Assembly: GCA_963663995.1 (NCBI GenBank)
Contig: OY760660.1
Coordinates: 1,080,001 to 1,112,000, forward strand
Length of the DNA stretch: 32,000 bases
Direction of reading: 5' to 3'
Source: Erysipelotrichaceae bacterium
Lineage (GTDB): Bacteria; Bacillota_I; Bacilli_A; Erysipelotrichales; Erysipelotrichaceae
Below the pieces are notes generated by a model. It ran no database searches and had not been told where the DNA came from. It was given only the letters and a program-made list of their open reading frames with translations. Shown here one piece after another: positions 1 through 11,844 of this stretch. A program made the position numbers and the translations under genes. Positions within the stretch are counted from its first letter, which is position 1. The number at the start of each line of letters is the position of its first letter.

Positions 1-1345
1 AACGATAAGCCATAAAGATTGCCCGTGTTGTCCAATCAACACCCATCGCTAAAGCAATTCCAATAACGCCTAAATTAAAGACAATTGCGAAAATATAAGA
101 TAGTACAACACGTACAACAACTGTCGCAAACATTGATACTTTCATCGCAAATTTCACATCACCAGCTGCTCTAATCCCACTTGAGAATGGAGATGAGACA
201 GGGAATACTAAGGCATTAAAACTATTATGTATTAAGACTAGAATGATAATTAAATTTTTTGTTTCAGCAGATAAGTCGTATAAATTTAAGACGAATGGAG
301 TTGCGACTAATATCAACACGTTCCACACAACCGAACTTATATAGGTAATTCTTAAAAGCTTCAACATATAGTATTTAGCTGCCTCAATACTTTTAGCACC
401 TAAACTTTGACCAATGACCGTAATAAAAGCTGGATTTAAGGCTACCCCAATCAAGGCTGACATCGACCAAAAGCTTTGAGCTACCCCATTTGCGGCAATT
501 TGACTTGTCCCAAATAATGCAGTAATCGTACTTAAAGCCACTTTTGAAATTTGAAACAAACCTTGTTCAACACTATTTGGTATCGCAATATTTAAAATTC
601 GTTTCATCATATCAGCATGCCAAGAAAAAATATGTTTAATTCTTAAGGTCACTGATTGATCAGGATTGAATGCCCAAACCACCATAATAACTGCCGCTAA
701 GACACGTGAGATAAATGAAGGCCAAGCAACGCCAGCAACCCCTGCATGTAAAATAAAAATACCGATATAGTTTCCAATCACATTTACTAAATTCATAATC
801 AGTGAAACATGCATTGTCTTCTTTGTTTTTCCCATACTTCTAAACATCGCAGCACTACTGTTATAAATAGCTAAAGCAGGAAAAGAGAAAGTTGTAATAC
901 TTAAATAAGTAACACTTGCTTCCATAACGCTTGGATCAACTGTTCCAAATAGTAAACCTAAAATTTGATGATTAAAAATTAACACAAAAGCTAAGGCAAC
1001 AAATGATATAAGTGAAGAAAGCGTCAAAATTTGACTTGCGGCTATATCACTTAATTCTTTATCTCCTTTACCAACATATTGGCTGATAACTACTGCCGCA
1101 CCTGACGCCAAGGCTACAAATATATAGATGAATATTGTTATAAACATGTTTACTAAAGAGACGCCTGAAACAGCTGCTTCACCTGCATAACTAACCATTA
1201 AAGTATCAGCAATCCCGATTAACATTACCAAAAATTGTTCCACAAATAATGGGGCAATGAGATCCCATAATTTCTTATTACTAAACTTCTTTTCAGACTC
1301 AGTCACTTTTACATTTGGTTCAATCCAGTTTAATATCATTCGCAT
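1..1345 (-). CDS. MATE family efflux transporter (partial; C-terminus lies beyond the window start)
   Basis: Absent from the ORF track because it runs off the edge. Hand translation of the minus strand from ATG at 1345 (AAGGAG 8 nt upstream) gives MRMILNWIEPNVKVTESEKKFSNKKLWDLIAPLFVEQFLVMLIGIADTLMVSYAGEAAVSGVSLVN... It stays open to position 1, is multi-TM, and has a MATE (NorM/DinF-like) N-terminal pattern. Confidence 0.8.
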   Translation of the reverse strand, partial: MRMILNWIEPNVKVTESEKKFSNKKLWDLIAPLFVEQFLVMLIGIADTLMVSYAGEAAVSGVSLVNMFITIFIYIFVALASGAAVVISQYVGKGDKELSDIAASQILTLSSLISFVALAFVLIFNHQILGLLFGTVDPSVMEASVTYLSITTFSFPALAIYNSSAAMFRSMGKTKKTMHVSLIMNLVNVIGNYIGIFILHAGVAGVAWPSFISRVLAAVIMVVWAFNPDQSVTLRIKHIFSWHADMMKRILNIAIPNSVEQGLFQISKVALSTITALFGTSQIAANGVAQSFWSMSALIGVALNPAFITVIGQSLGAKSIEAAKYYMLKLLRITYISSVVWNVLILVATPFVLNLYDLSAETKNLIIILVLIHNSFNALVFPVSSPFSSGIRAAGDVKFAMKVSMFATVVVRVVLSYIFAIVFNLGVIGIALAMGVDWTTRAIFMAYR

Positions 1346-1424
1346 AAGAAAACTCCTTACAAACATAGTTTAAAAGAAGTTTATTATTATTAACACTACT
1401 TATAATAAATATATTACTATACAA

Positions 1425-2312
1425 TTAATGTATAGTTTTTAAATCATTTTCAACAAATTTTATAAAGCTTTCAACACTTGGATTAAAAGTAAAATTCTTC
1501 TTATAAGCAAAAACATGTCGACTCACTCGTTCAGGTTTTAAAGGAACAAACTTTAAACCGTCAACTGGTCTCATACTAAATGCACCTTCAATGGTAAAAG
1601 GATAAGCTATATCTTTTTTAACTAATAATAATGAATTTGATAATAGATTGTGTTGAACTTTTAAATTAATATCTTTGATATCTTTCTTTAACCATTGGGC
1701 AATTTCATTTAAGACAATTGAACGATTGGTTCCAATCAAAGGTAAATTAATAATATCAATCTCATCGACTTCACCTTTAATCGATAACGGATGTTCAACA
1801 GGTAAAATAACACCCCATCTTTCTTCAATGAGTAAAGGGGAACTATGATATTTTGCAACTTCAATCGGTTCCAATAAAAACCCACAATCTATAATATTTT
1901 GATCAATTTTTTCTTTAATACCATCACCATTCCCAGTAAAGATTTCAAATCTCACATTTGGGTTATCTACTGAAAACTGTTCAATTAAACTGGCGACATA
2001 GACAGAGGCTTTAGTTTCTCCACAACCAATATGAATTGTATCTATTAAATGATTTGGGTTTTGTTTTAATTCTTCGTGAGTTATATCAATTAAAGCTAAT
2101 AATTCTTTAGCTCTTTTTTCAAAAATAAGACCAGCTTCAGTGAGTGTCATTTGACGTTTCCCACGCACAAAAAGTTCAACACCTAGATCTTCTTCCATAA
2201 GCGCAAGTTGACGACTTATCGTGGGTTGAGTAATAAATAATTTATCTGCTGCTTTACTTAAATTTCCTTCACGAACAATCGTGAGAAACGTCTCCAAAAA
2301 CTCAGTATTCAT
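1425..2312 (-). CDS. LysR family transcriptional regulator
   Basis: 295 aa. N-terminal wHTH (LSKAADKLFITQPTISRQLALMEEDLGVELF) followed by a substrate-binding domain of typical LTTR length. Confidence 0.9.
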   Translation of the reverse strand: MNTEFLETFLTIVREGNLSKAADKLFITQPTISRQLALMEEDLGVELFVRGKRQMTLTEAGLIFEKRAKELLALIDITHEELKQNPNHLIDTIHIGCGETKASVYVASLIEQFSVDNPNVRFEIFTGNGDGIKEKIDQNIIDCGFLLEPIEVAKYHSSPLLIEERWGVILPVEHPLSIKGEVDEIDIINLPLIGTNRSIVLNEIAQWLKKDIKDINLKVQHNLLSNSLLLVKKDIAYPFTIEGAFSMRPVDGLKFVPLKPERVSRHVFAYKKNFTFNPSVESFIKFVENDLKTIH

Positions 2313-2354
2313 ATTATTATCATACCTTAGTTTTATGTTAATATTTCAATCCAT

Positions 2355-2948
2355 TCAAATTTCTTCAACATCGACAATATAAGTACAATTCTCTCTTACC
2401 TTCAATTGAGTGAAGTAGTTTTCTTCCATAGGAATCCAACGTTTTTCAAACATTTGTGCAAGTTCTTCACCATTACGTATGAAAATACGTTCAATTTGTT
2501 GTTTAGGACTAATGGTTAAAAAGAGAGATAAGTGATAATTATCAACTAATTCAGGATGACAAGAGTATGAACCTTCAATGATAATGATGTCTTTTTGATC
2601 GAGTGATATTGCTTGATCGAAATCAAATGTATGGCAATTATATGGACGATATGTAATCGCTTGGTTTGATTTTATAGTTTTTATAATTTCCTCTTGAAAT
2701 CGTTCAATATCGAAATTACCACCAGGCATATTCAAACGTTCATTTGTTCGTTGTTCTTTCTGAAGAAAAAAATGATCCATGTGAACAATATTAGCATTTA
2801 ATTTTTCAGACAATTTTTGAGCTAAAGTGGATTTACCAGAAGCACAACGCCCATCAATCCCAATGACAAATGGTCCTTGTTTAAAATCAAATTTCTCTAT
2901 TTCTGTTAAAATAATACTTGTTATTGTGTTTAAATTTTCTTGCTTCAA
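2355..2948 (-). CDS. P-loop nucleoside (uridine)-kinase-like protein
   Basis: 197 aa. Walker A GIDGRCASGKSTLA near the N-terminus, with the size and layout of the Udk/PRK family. The start codon is TTG (plus-strand caa at 2946-2948) and there is no internal ATG before the P-loop. Confidence 0.6.
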   Translation of the reverse strand: MKQENLNTITSIILTEIEKFDFKQGPFVIGIDGRCASGKSTLAQKLSEKLNANIVHMDHFFLQKEQRTNERLNMPGGNFDIERFQEEIIKTIKSNQAITYRPYNCHTFDFDQAISLDQKDIIIIEGSYSCHPELVDNYHLSLFLTISPKQQIERIFIRNGEELAQMFEKRWIPMEENYFTQLKVRENCTYIVDVEEI

Positions 2949-3002
2949 TGTTTTACCCTATTACTCTAACTAAAAAGTATTTACACTATAAACTATTTTC
3001 TA

Positions 3003-3905
3003 TTAAACAACAAAATTGATTAATTCACCTATAAAAAATGAAAAAAGCATGACATAAGCAAGATAATATATAAAATGTTTTACACCAAGCACTGTCTTTA
3101 ATGCTCCTAAATTAGTAATTTTTGTTGCTGGACCAGAAATCATAAAAGCGGTAGCACTTCCCATACTCATTCCACTAACTAACCATCCCTGTAAAAGCGG
3201 TATAGTTCCACCACCACATACATATAGTGGTACACCTATAGTGGCTGCCATAAGCACGCCAAATGCTCTATCACCACCAAACAATAAAATCATTAGATTG
3301 GTTGGAACATAACGTTGAAATAGAGCAGACAATAAAATACCCACTAAAAAATAGGGACCTGTTGCTTTCACATTTCGACCAATATTTTTTAATAATCTAA
3401 CTAGCAGATTTGGATCAATATCACGACTTTTATGATCTTCAAATTTTTTAAAATCAAAGAAATCGTTAGACTTATAAAAATGCCAGACGAGTAGTCCTGC
3501 CAATATTCCACAAACAAAACTTGAAACAACTCTAATGATTAACGCAGTTTGGCCAAGCGCTACTGAGTAAATAATAAGTTGTGGGTTTAATAAGACTGAA
3601 CTCATCATAAAAGCTGCTAACCAATCATGTCTCATTCCTTTTTGAGAAAATGAAGCAGCAATTGGGATTGTTCCATACATACATAAAGGTGATGCTATTC
3701 CAAGAATAGAAGCTGGAACAATGCCCATTAATCCCCATTTTTTGGATCGCATCGAGTCAAACAAGGAATGAATTTTATCTTTACCAAATACAGAAATTAT
3801 CGAACCAATTACCATTCCAAGAACCCAATACCAAAAAATCATCCTTAATTGAACATCAAAATAAAACCAAAGATATATAAATTCACGATGTAGAATATCT
3901 ATCAT
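3003..3905 (-). CDS. Integral membrane permease (DUF318/ArsP_1-type predicted permease)
   Basis: 300 aa, polytopic. Carries the ASILGIASPLCMYGTIPIAASF...LLNPQ motif block recalled from the PF03773 family. Its ATG overlaps the stop of the upstream gene (ATGA at 3902-3905). Confidence 0.65.
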   Translation of the reverse strand: MIDILHREFIYLWFYFDVQLRMIFWYWVLGMVIGSIISVFGKDKIHSLFDSMRSKKWGLMGIVPASILGIASPLCMYGTIPIAASFSQKGMRHDWLAAFMMSSVLLNPQLIIYSVALGQTALIIRVVSSFVCGILAGLLVWHFYKSNDFFDFKKFEDHKSRDIDPNLLVRLLKNIGRNVKATGPYFLVGILLSALFQRYVPTNLMILLFGGDRAFGVLMAATIGVPLYVCGGGTIPLLQGWLVSGMSMGSATAFMISGPATKITNLGALKTVLGVKHFIYYLAYVMLFSFFIGELINFVV

Positions 3906-4960
3906 TCAATCACTACCAAGTTATATGTACGACTACCTAAACCAGTCTCTTCTGCATTTTCTAAAGTAAGTAGACCATTGCGACTCTCAACTCGACTAAT
4001 GAACGAATTGCTACCTGGCATATTGTAGACTAGATCAATACCTGCTTGATCTATCGCAACTGGATCTAAAGAAGCAATAATTCCAATATCATGAATTTCT
4101 GGTTCAGCAGGATTTCCATTACAATCACAGTCAATTGATATGCGATTTAGAACACTGATATAAATTATTTGATCGCCTAAATGATCAGTGACTGCTAGAC
4201 TAGCATCTCCCATTGATTCTAAAAATCCGTTTTGTTCGCCATTCCAAGGTGATGTGTGACTTTCTCCTGATGTATGAATAAGGCATTTTCCTTCAACCGA
4301 AGCTAATCCAATCGATATATTTTTGATTGCACCACCAAAACCAGCCATTGCATGTCCTTTAAAGTGTGACAAAACAACATAAGAATCATAGTCCACAAAA
4401 TGTGAACCAACTAAATTCTCTTTTAGACGCGTCCCACCATTTACAGGTAAGGCTATTGAACCATCAGCATCTAGAATATCAAAATCTGCGATCGCAGTAT
4501 AACCATGATCTTCAGCAACTTGCATATGTAAGGCTGTATTAGAACGAGATCCCCCATACGCAGTATTATCTTCAACAATGGTTCCATCTAATAATTGAAC
4601 TAAATCTTTAATTAATTCAGGTTCTAAATAATTGCTTGCTGGAGGTTCGCCAGTTGACAACTTTACCGCAACAGATCCAGTTGGTGACCACTCTAGTGCT
4701 TCATAAATTTTAACCATAGCCTCAGGACTTATGTCAGATATAAAGAAAACGTCAACATTAGAGGATGAATCTTGATATTCTAAATCATTTAGGGCTAAAT
4801 AAGTTCCACCGTTGGTCAAAATACTTTCACCCTCTATTTGATCTGGTGAAGTATATCCTTGTTCTTCAGAATCATTTGAGTTAGTCGTATTAGATTGACT
4901 ACAAGCACTCAAGATACTAAGACTTAAAACAAATGCTAAAAATAAATAAGATTTTCTCAT
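3902..4960 (-). CDS. DUF362 domain lipoprotein
   Basis: 352 aa. Lipoprotein signal peptide with lipobox (LSILSAC), a Ser/Thr/Asn-rich linker, and a C-terminal ISIDCDCNGNP...DPVAIDQAGIDL block typical of DUF362. Confidence 0.6.
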   Translation of the reverse strand: MRKSYLFLAFVLSLSILSACSQSNTTNSNDSEEQGYTSPDQIEGESILTNGGTYLALNDLEYQDSSSNVDVFFISDISPEAMVKIYEALEWSPTGSVAVKLSTGEPPASNYLEPELIKDLVQLLDGTIVEDNTAYGGSRSNTALHMQVAEDHGYTAIADFDILDADGSIALPVNGGTRLKENLVGSHFVDYDSYVVLSHFKGHAMAGFGGAIKNISIGLASVEGKCLIHTSGESHTSPWNGEQNGFLESMGDASLAVTDHLGDQIIYISVLNRISIDCDCNGNPAEPEIHDIGIIASLDPVAIDQAGIDLVYNMPGSNSFISRVESRNGLLTLENAEETGLGSRTYNLVVIE

Positions 4961-5091
4961 AACGTTTCTCCCTTCAAACCTTTAGTTCAATCAATTTCTT
5001 AAAATTTGTTGAATGCCTATACAATGAAATATAAAAATTTAGAGAATATACATTTTTGCCCAAATTTCAAAAAATATATCAATTTAAAACA

Positions 5092-5122
5092 ATTTTACTA
5101 CCCTGTAGTGACTACAATGCAA
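5092..5122 (-). promoter_or_regulatory. Promoter with 19-bp spacer containing the dyad TGTAGTcACTACA (MerR-type geometry; also fits T-N11-A)
   Basis: Minus strand reads TTGCAT-TGTAGTCACTACAGGGTAG-TAAAAT. It lies upstream of the DUF362/permease/kinase/LysR string. 26 of 31 positions are identical to the element at 14424-14454. Confidence 0.5.
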
Positions 5123-5189
5123 CATTGAAATGTAATTATCTAATTTATTTCTTAAATTGCTTATTTTTTTTATATTTCTAACTATCTTT

Positions 5190-5226
5190 ACATCTGTCTT
5201 GTCATCTGTTGTATTTGTGATATTAT
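5190..5226 (+). promoter_or_regulatory. nadA promoter (-35 TTGTCA, TG-extended -10 TATTAT) overlapped by a candidate NiaR operator
   Basis: ACATCTGTCTTGTCATCTGT at 5190-5209 overlaps the -35 (5199-5204). The extended -10 TGATATTAT is at 5218-5226, the RBS AGGAGA at 5238-5243 and the ATG at 5251. From memory, the Bacillota NiaR site has a TGTCTTGACA-type core. Confidence 0.45.
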
Positions 5227-5250
5227 TTTGGCTAATCAGGAGAAACAAAT

Positions 5251-6153
5251 ATGAATCTAATCGAACGAGTAAATCAATTAAAAAAAGAAAAAAATACCAT
5301 CATCTTGGCACACTATTATGTCCCAGAAGACATTCAAAAGATTGCTGATTACGTGGGAGACTCTTACTATTTAAGCAAGATTGCTAGTCAAGTTATTGAA
5401 GATACGATTGTTTTTTGCGGGGTTAAATTTATGGGTGAAAGCGCAAAAACCTTAAATCCAAATAAAACAGTATTAATGCCCGATAGTCGTGCAGATTGTC
5501 CAATGGCTCATATGGTGGATCTTGATAAGATAAAGCAATTACGTGAAGAAGTTAAAGATTTAGCGGTTGTTTGCTATATCAATTCAACATCTGAACTAAA
5601 AGCACATTCTGATGTATGTGTAACCTCTTCAAATGTTGTAACAATCATAAAAGCACTTGATGCGAAAAATATCTATTTTGTACCAGATCAAAATCTTGGG
5701 CGATATATTGCCTCCAAAGTACCTGATAAGAATTTTATTTTTAATGAGGGACATTGCCCAATACATACTAATATCACTGAAACTGATTTACTAAATCAAA
5801 AGAAAGTATATCCAAATGCATTAGTCTTAGCTCACCCAGAGTGTACGCAAGAAGTGTTAAAACATGCAGATTACATTGGTAGTACTTCAGGAATTATTGA
5901 CTTCGCGCAAAAGAGTGTTCACCAAGAATTTATTATCGCTACTGAAACAGGTGTTTTTTATGAACTAAATAGAAAGTGCCCACAAAAAAATTTCTACGCT
6001 GTCAACCATAAACAAATTTGTCCTAATATGAAATTAAATACCCTTCAAAAAGTGATTGATGTTTTAGAAAACGAAAATAATTCAATTACACTTAATGAAG
6101 AATTAAGATTACAAGCGAAAACTGCATTACAAAGAATGTTGGAATTAGCGTAA
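5251..6153 (+). CDS. nadA: Quinolinate synthase NadA
   Basis: 300 aa. Motifs ILAHYY, FCGVKFMGESAKTL, CPMA, YINS and HPEC are typical of NadA. It is the first gene of a nadABC-niaR cluster. Confidence 0.93.
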   Translation: MNLIERVNQLKKEKNTIILAHYYVPEDIQKIADYVGDSYYLSKIASQVIEDTIVFCGVKFMGESAKTLNPNKTVLMPDSRADCPMAHMVDLDKIKQLREEVKDLAVVCYINSTSELKAHSDVCVTSSNVVTIIKALDAKNIYFVPDQNLGRYIASKVPDKNFIFNEGHCPIHTNITETDLLNQKKVYPNALVLAHPECTQEVLKHADYIGSTSGIIDFAQKSVHQEFIIATETGVFYELNRKCPQKNFYAVNHKQICPNMKLNTLQKVIDVLENENNSITLNEELRLQAKTALQRMLELA

Positions 6154-6158
6154 TAAAA

Positions 6159-8202
<2,044 letters not shown>

Positions 8203-8215
8203 AAAGGAACATATC

Positions 8216-8764
8216 ATGAACGGTAAAGAAAGAAGAGAAAAAATAATTGAACTGATTAAAAAATCAGATGTTGCTCTATCAGGAACAGAACTTTCTAAAA
8301 GTTTAAATGTTTCTCGTCAAGTCATTGTTCAAGATATTGCACTACTTAGAACAGCTGGCTTTAATATTATTTCTACCACTAAAGGTTATCTTCTTATCTC
8401 CGTTAATAGTCAAATTCAACGTGTTTTTAAAGTAAAACACAGTGATGAACAAATTGAAGAAGAGTTATTGAAAATCATCGATTTAGGCGGAACTATCGTT
8501 GATATTTTTGTCAGCCATCGAGCCTATGGTCTGATTCGTGCTGAATTAAATATAAAAACTCATCAAGATGTTAATCAATTCATGGATGGCTTAAAAACTG
8601 GAAAGTCATCACCCTTAAAAAATATCACTCACGGTTATCATTACCATACGATCACAGCTAAATCACATCACGAATTAGATCGAATCTATCAAATGCTTCT
8701 TGATGAAGAATATTTGGTTAGTATTGATGATTGGGATTGGCAGTATATCTCGTTTTCAGAATAA
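8216..8764 (+). CDS. niaR: NAD-biosynthesis repressor NiaR (YrxA type, HTH + 3H domain)
   Basis: 182 aa. N-terminal LSGTELSKSLNVSRQVIVQDIALLR closely parallels B. subtilis YrxA/NiaR. The C-terminal region is His-rich (HGYHYHTI). It is the last gene of the nad operon. Confidence 0.85.
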   Translation: MNGKERREKIIELIKKSDVALSGTELSKSLNVSRQVIVQDIALLRTAGFNIISTTKGYLLISVNSQIQRVFKVKHSDEQIEEELLKIIDLGGTIVDIFVSHRAYGLIRAELNIKTHQDVNQFMDGLKTGKSSPLKNITHGYHYHTITAKSHHELDRIYQMLLDEEYLVSIDDWDWQYISFSE

Positions 8765-8774
8765 CTTAGATGAA

Positions 8775-9792
8775 TTAATCGCTATACTCCTCCCAGAAAT
8801 CAACAGCATTTAACATCCAGCCTTCCGCAATAGTTCCTATACCAAGTCCATATCCATGAGATAATCCATTAAATATTTCTATCTGAACATCAGTTCCATT
8901 TGATTTAATTTTTTCTAATCTTTCTTCCATAACACGATAGTCTACTATCCCATCATTTGTACCCACGTTGTTGTAGGTTGGAGGTTCATTCCCAGTTACT
9001 TCTGATAAGGCTGTGTATTGCATTATTACAGCTGAAGGACGTGGATAAGTACTTTCGCCATAATATTCAGTTCCATTGGATCCTAACCACGCTGCTAGTC
9101 TTGCCCCTGCTGAACCACCCCATAATGAATAATTATTTGTATTTACTTCTAAAGTATCTGCATGCTTCATGCTTAAAGACATAGGCAATGGCACGCGCTA
9201 AATCTTCACTTGCTAAAAGTGCATCAGGACGATAAATAAGAGCGAACGCATTATAGCCCATTTTAGATAGTTCTAGAGCATGATGAAAACTATCGTGAAG
9301 TGCTCCCACATAAGCAAAGCCACCTCCAGCATTGAGTATGGCAAATTTTTCATTTGGATTACCTTTAAAATAAAACAAACCTGTATTTTCTTTTGATGGA
9401 TCTAATATTTTTTCTTCATCTGTGTAAATATCATAAAAAATAGTATTATTCCCATCGACTTGATTTTTCATATAGTTTATTACTTCAACAGTATTTTCAG
9501 AATTAATATTGCCGTACCATGTTAACGATACATCTTCTAAAGTATTGCCACTATAGTACCTTTGATCACTTGGAAATATTAATCGACCAAATGTTTCAAA
9601 TCCCGGGTATGTTATGACGTCACTTATTGTAGTATTAGCATGAAATTGATGATCATTTTCAGCATTACTTACATTACTATAATTACTATTTACTGTTTGT
9701 GTACAAGATGTCAAAAAAACCAAAATGAAAATGAGTCTATATGTTTTATTTACATGTTTTTTTAATTTATGGCTCTTAATAAGCTTCTTCAT
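8775..9792 (-). pseudogene. Alpha/beta hydrolase (esterase/lipase-like) lipoprotein, inactivated by a 7-bp tandem duplication
   Basis: Two overlapping ORFs (9133-9792 and 8775-9194). The first carries a lipobox (VFLTSC) and the N-terminal half of the fold. The second carries the nucleophile elbow WGGSAGARLAAW. The plus strand has catgctt-catgctt at 9161-9174. Deleting one copy joins …AIAYVF to KHADTLEVN… in frame, giving about 336 aa. Confidence 0.8.
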
Positions 9793-9962
9793 ATTCTTAT
9801 TTTAATGTTAACAGTTCATGTAAAAAATGCAAAAAATTTATAGTTTTCTATTCCCAATAAAAAAAGGAAAAGTTAAACAAGTCGTTTGACTTGATATTTC
9901 GTATATGATAAAACTAAGTTCATATTCTCGTACATGTGTACGAAAAAGGAGAATTAATTTAT

Positions 9963-10718
9963 ATGAGTAACTATGTTGTGATTACTGGCGCAAGCTCAGG
10001 TATCGGTTATGCGGCCGCAAAATCGTTCGCAAAAAGAGGTCATAATCTTATTGTTGTGGCTAGACGTGAAGAAAAATTATTACAATTAAAAAACGAAATT
10101 ATAGCTGAATATCCAGGTGTTGATGTGGTTGTAAGAGTACATGATTTAGAGAAGATTGATACACTAGATGCCTTCTACGATGAATTACAAGCATTCAAAA
10201 TTGATACATGGATTAACAATGCAGGTTTTGGTTTATTAGGTGATGTTAAAGATAATGATGAAGCTAAAGTTCTTTCAATGTTACGATTAAACATTGAAGC
10301 ATTGACAGTATTTACTATGCGCTTTGTGCGTGATCATTGGACAAATGAAAATGCAACCTTAATCAATGTTTCATCTACTGCAGGTTATAGTGTTGGTCCC
10401 CATCTTGCAGCCTATACAGCATCAAAATATTATGTTTCAGCTTATACGGAAAGTTTAATCCATGAAGTTAGTGTTTCTGATGATGCTAGAATGAGAGTTA
10501 AATGTTTAGCTCCTGGATCAACCGATTCAGAATTCTTCTCTGTTGCAACAGGTGGTATGGAAAAACCGAAAGGTCATAAGAGTAATACATCTAAAGATAT
10601 GGCTGAATTCATGTTTGAATTATATAAGTCAGACCTTCCAGTTGGTAAGTCTTATTCAATCGATTTCACAAATCGTTTAGAAGAACCTCTTCATACTCAC
10701 GGTAATCGAAAAAAATAA
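9963..10718 (+). CDS. SDR family oxidoreductase
   Basis: TGASSGIGYA Rossmann motif, NNAG, and catalytic YTASK. I prefer ATG at 9963 (AAGGAG at 9946-9951) to the GTG at 9936 used by the ORF track. Confidence 0.85.
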   Translation: MSNYVVITGASSGIGYAAAKSFAKRGHNLIVVARREEKLLQLKNEIIAEYPGVDVVVRVHDLEKIDTLDAFYDELQAFKIDTWINNAGFGLLGDVKDNDEAKVLSMLRLNIEALTVFTMRFVRDHWTNENATLINVSSTAGYSVGPHLAAYTASKYYVSAYTESLIHEVSVSDDARMRVKCLAPGSTDSEFFSVATGGMEKPKGHKSNTSKDMAEFMFELYKSDLPVGKSYSIDFTNRLEEPLHTHGNRKK

Positions 10719-10757
10719 TACCAATATAAACAAAGGGATATCACATTGATACCCCTT

Positions 10758-11759
10758 TTATTTTGTTATTTTTTTACGGTGAGAACCTAAGAATACTGGT
10801 CCAATTTTAATCTCATTTAAATGTTGATCAATCTTTTCGACTTCATCTATTGAAAGATTAATTTTACAACTATTGAAATTTTCTTCTAGTCTTTCAAGTT
10901 TAGTAGTTCCAGGAATTGGCACAATATCAACATCTTTGCTTTCCATCCACGCTAATGAAATTTGAGCCATTGTTGCGTTTTTTACATCCGCTAATTGTTT
11001 AAGATAATCCAATAAATCTTTTGAAGCTTCATAACCTTCTTCAGTAAATTGTGGCATACGAGAGCGAAAATCATTAGACTTATCATAGTTATCAGTGCCA
11101 TGATAAACCCCACTTAGAAAACCATTTGCCATAGGTGAGAAAGCAACAAAAGTAATGTTTAATTCTTTACATACATTAAACAAATATTCATTTTCTCTTG
11201 CCATCATTGAATAGCGATTTTGAATGGCACTTACCGGGAAAATCTTATGTGCTCTTCTGAGTGTATCTTCATCAACTTGTGATATTCCCCAAGCTCTAAT
11301 TTTCTTAGAATCAAATAATTCTTTCATCGTTTGCGCTACTGATTCAATTGCTGTATATGGATCAAGTGTGTGCAAATAATATAAATCAACATAGTCAGTT
11401 TGTAATCTTTTTAAACTTTCTTCCAAAGTGTTTTTGATTGTTTCTGGTCTTGCATCTAATGTTCTTTGACCATCTACCATTGTAATTCCGCATTTTGTCG
11501 CAATCACAACTTTCTCACGAATATCCTTTAACGCTTCACCAACTAGATCTTCATTATACAAAGTTGTGCCATCTTCACTTTCAGCAGTGTATCTTTGAGC
11601 TGTGTCAAAAAATGTATAACCTAAATCATAAGCTGCACGTATTCTTCGAACTGCTTCTGCATGTTCCATGGGCGCACCGTAAGCATGTGTAAAGCCCATA
11701 CAACCGAGTCCAACCGGACTAATCTCAATATCTGTGTTGCCTAAAAAAACTTTTTTCAT
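10758..11759 (-). CDS. Aldo/keto reductase (long AKR11/YhdN-like type)
   Basis: MKKVFLGNTDIEISPVGLGCMGF…FFDTAQRY…DLYYLH… are AKR hallmarks. The start is moved to ATG 11759. The 34 upstream codons in the ORF-track model overlap the LysR gene terminator and promoter and look non-coding. Confidence 0.85.
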   Translation of the reverse strand: MKKVFLGNTDIEISPVGLGCMGFTHAYGAPMEHAEAVRRIRAAYDLGYTFFDTAQRYTAESEDGTTLYNEDLVGEALKDIREKVVIATKCGITMVDGQRTLDARPETIKNTLEESLKRLQTDYVDLYYLHTLDPYTAIESVAQTMKELFDSKKIRAWGISQVDEDTLRRAHKIFPVSAIQNRYSMMARENEYLFNVCKELNITFVAFSPMANGFLSGVYHGTDNYDKSNDFRSRMPQFTEEGYEASKDLLDYLKQLADVKNATMAQISLAWMESKDVDIVPIPGTTKLERLEENFNSCKINLSIDEVEKIDQHLNEIKIGPVFLGSHRKKITK

Positions 11760-11779
11760 TTTTTTACCCCTGTATCTTG

Positions 11780-11810
11780 AGTATAAACATAAGCAAATAT
11801 TAAATGTCAA
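11780..11810 (-). promoter_or_regulatory. Candidate sigma-A promoter of the AKR gene (TTGACA … TATACT)
   Basis: Minus strand has TTGACA (11810-11805), an 18-19 nt spacer, then TTATACT (11786-11780). It lies between the LysR terminator and the AKR ATG. Confidence 0.4.
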
Positions 11811-11812
11811 GA

Positions 11813-11841
11813 TAAAAAAAGACATTGTTTTCAAATGTCTT
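11813..11841 (-). terminator. Rho-independent terminator after the LysR gene
   Basis: Minus strand reads AAGACATT-TGAAAAC-AATGTCTT followed by TTTTTTT, 4 nt after the LysR stop. Confidence 0.65.
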
Positions 11842-11844
11842 AGC

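Noticed and set aside
5157-5348. 63-aa ORF overlapping the nadA promoter and 5' end
   Set aside because: It covers the promoter/operator and reads out of frame across the nadA start. The sequence is hydrophobic, low-complexity, AT-driven and has no RBS.
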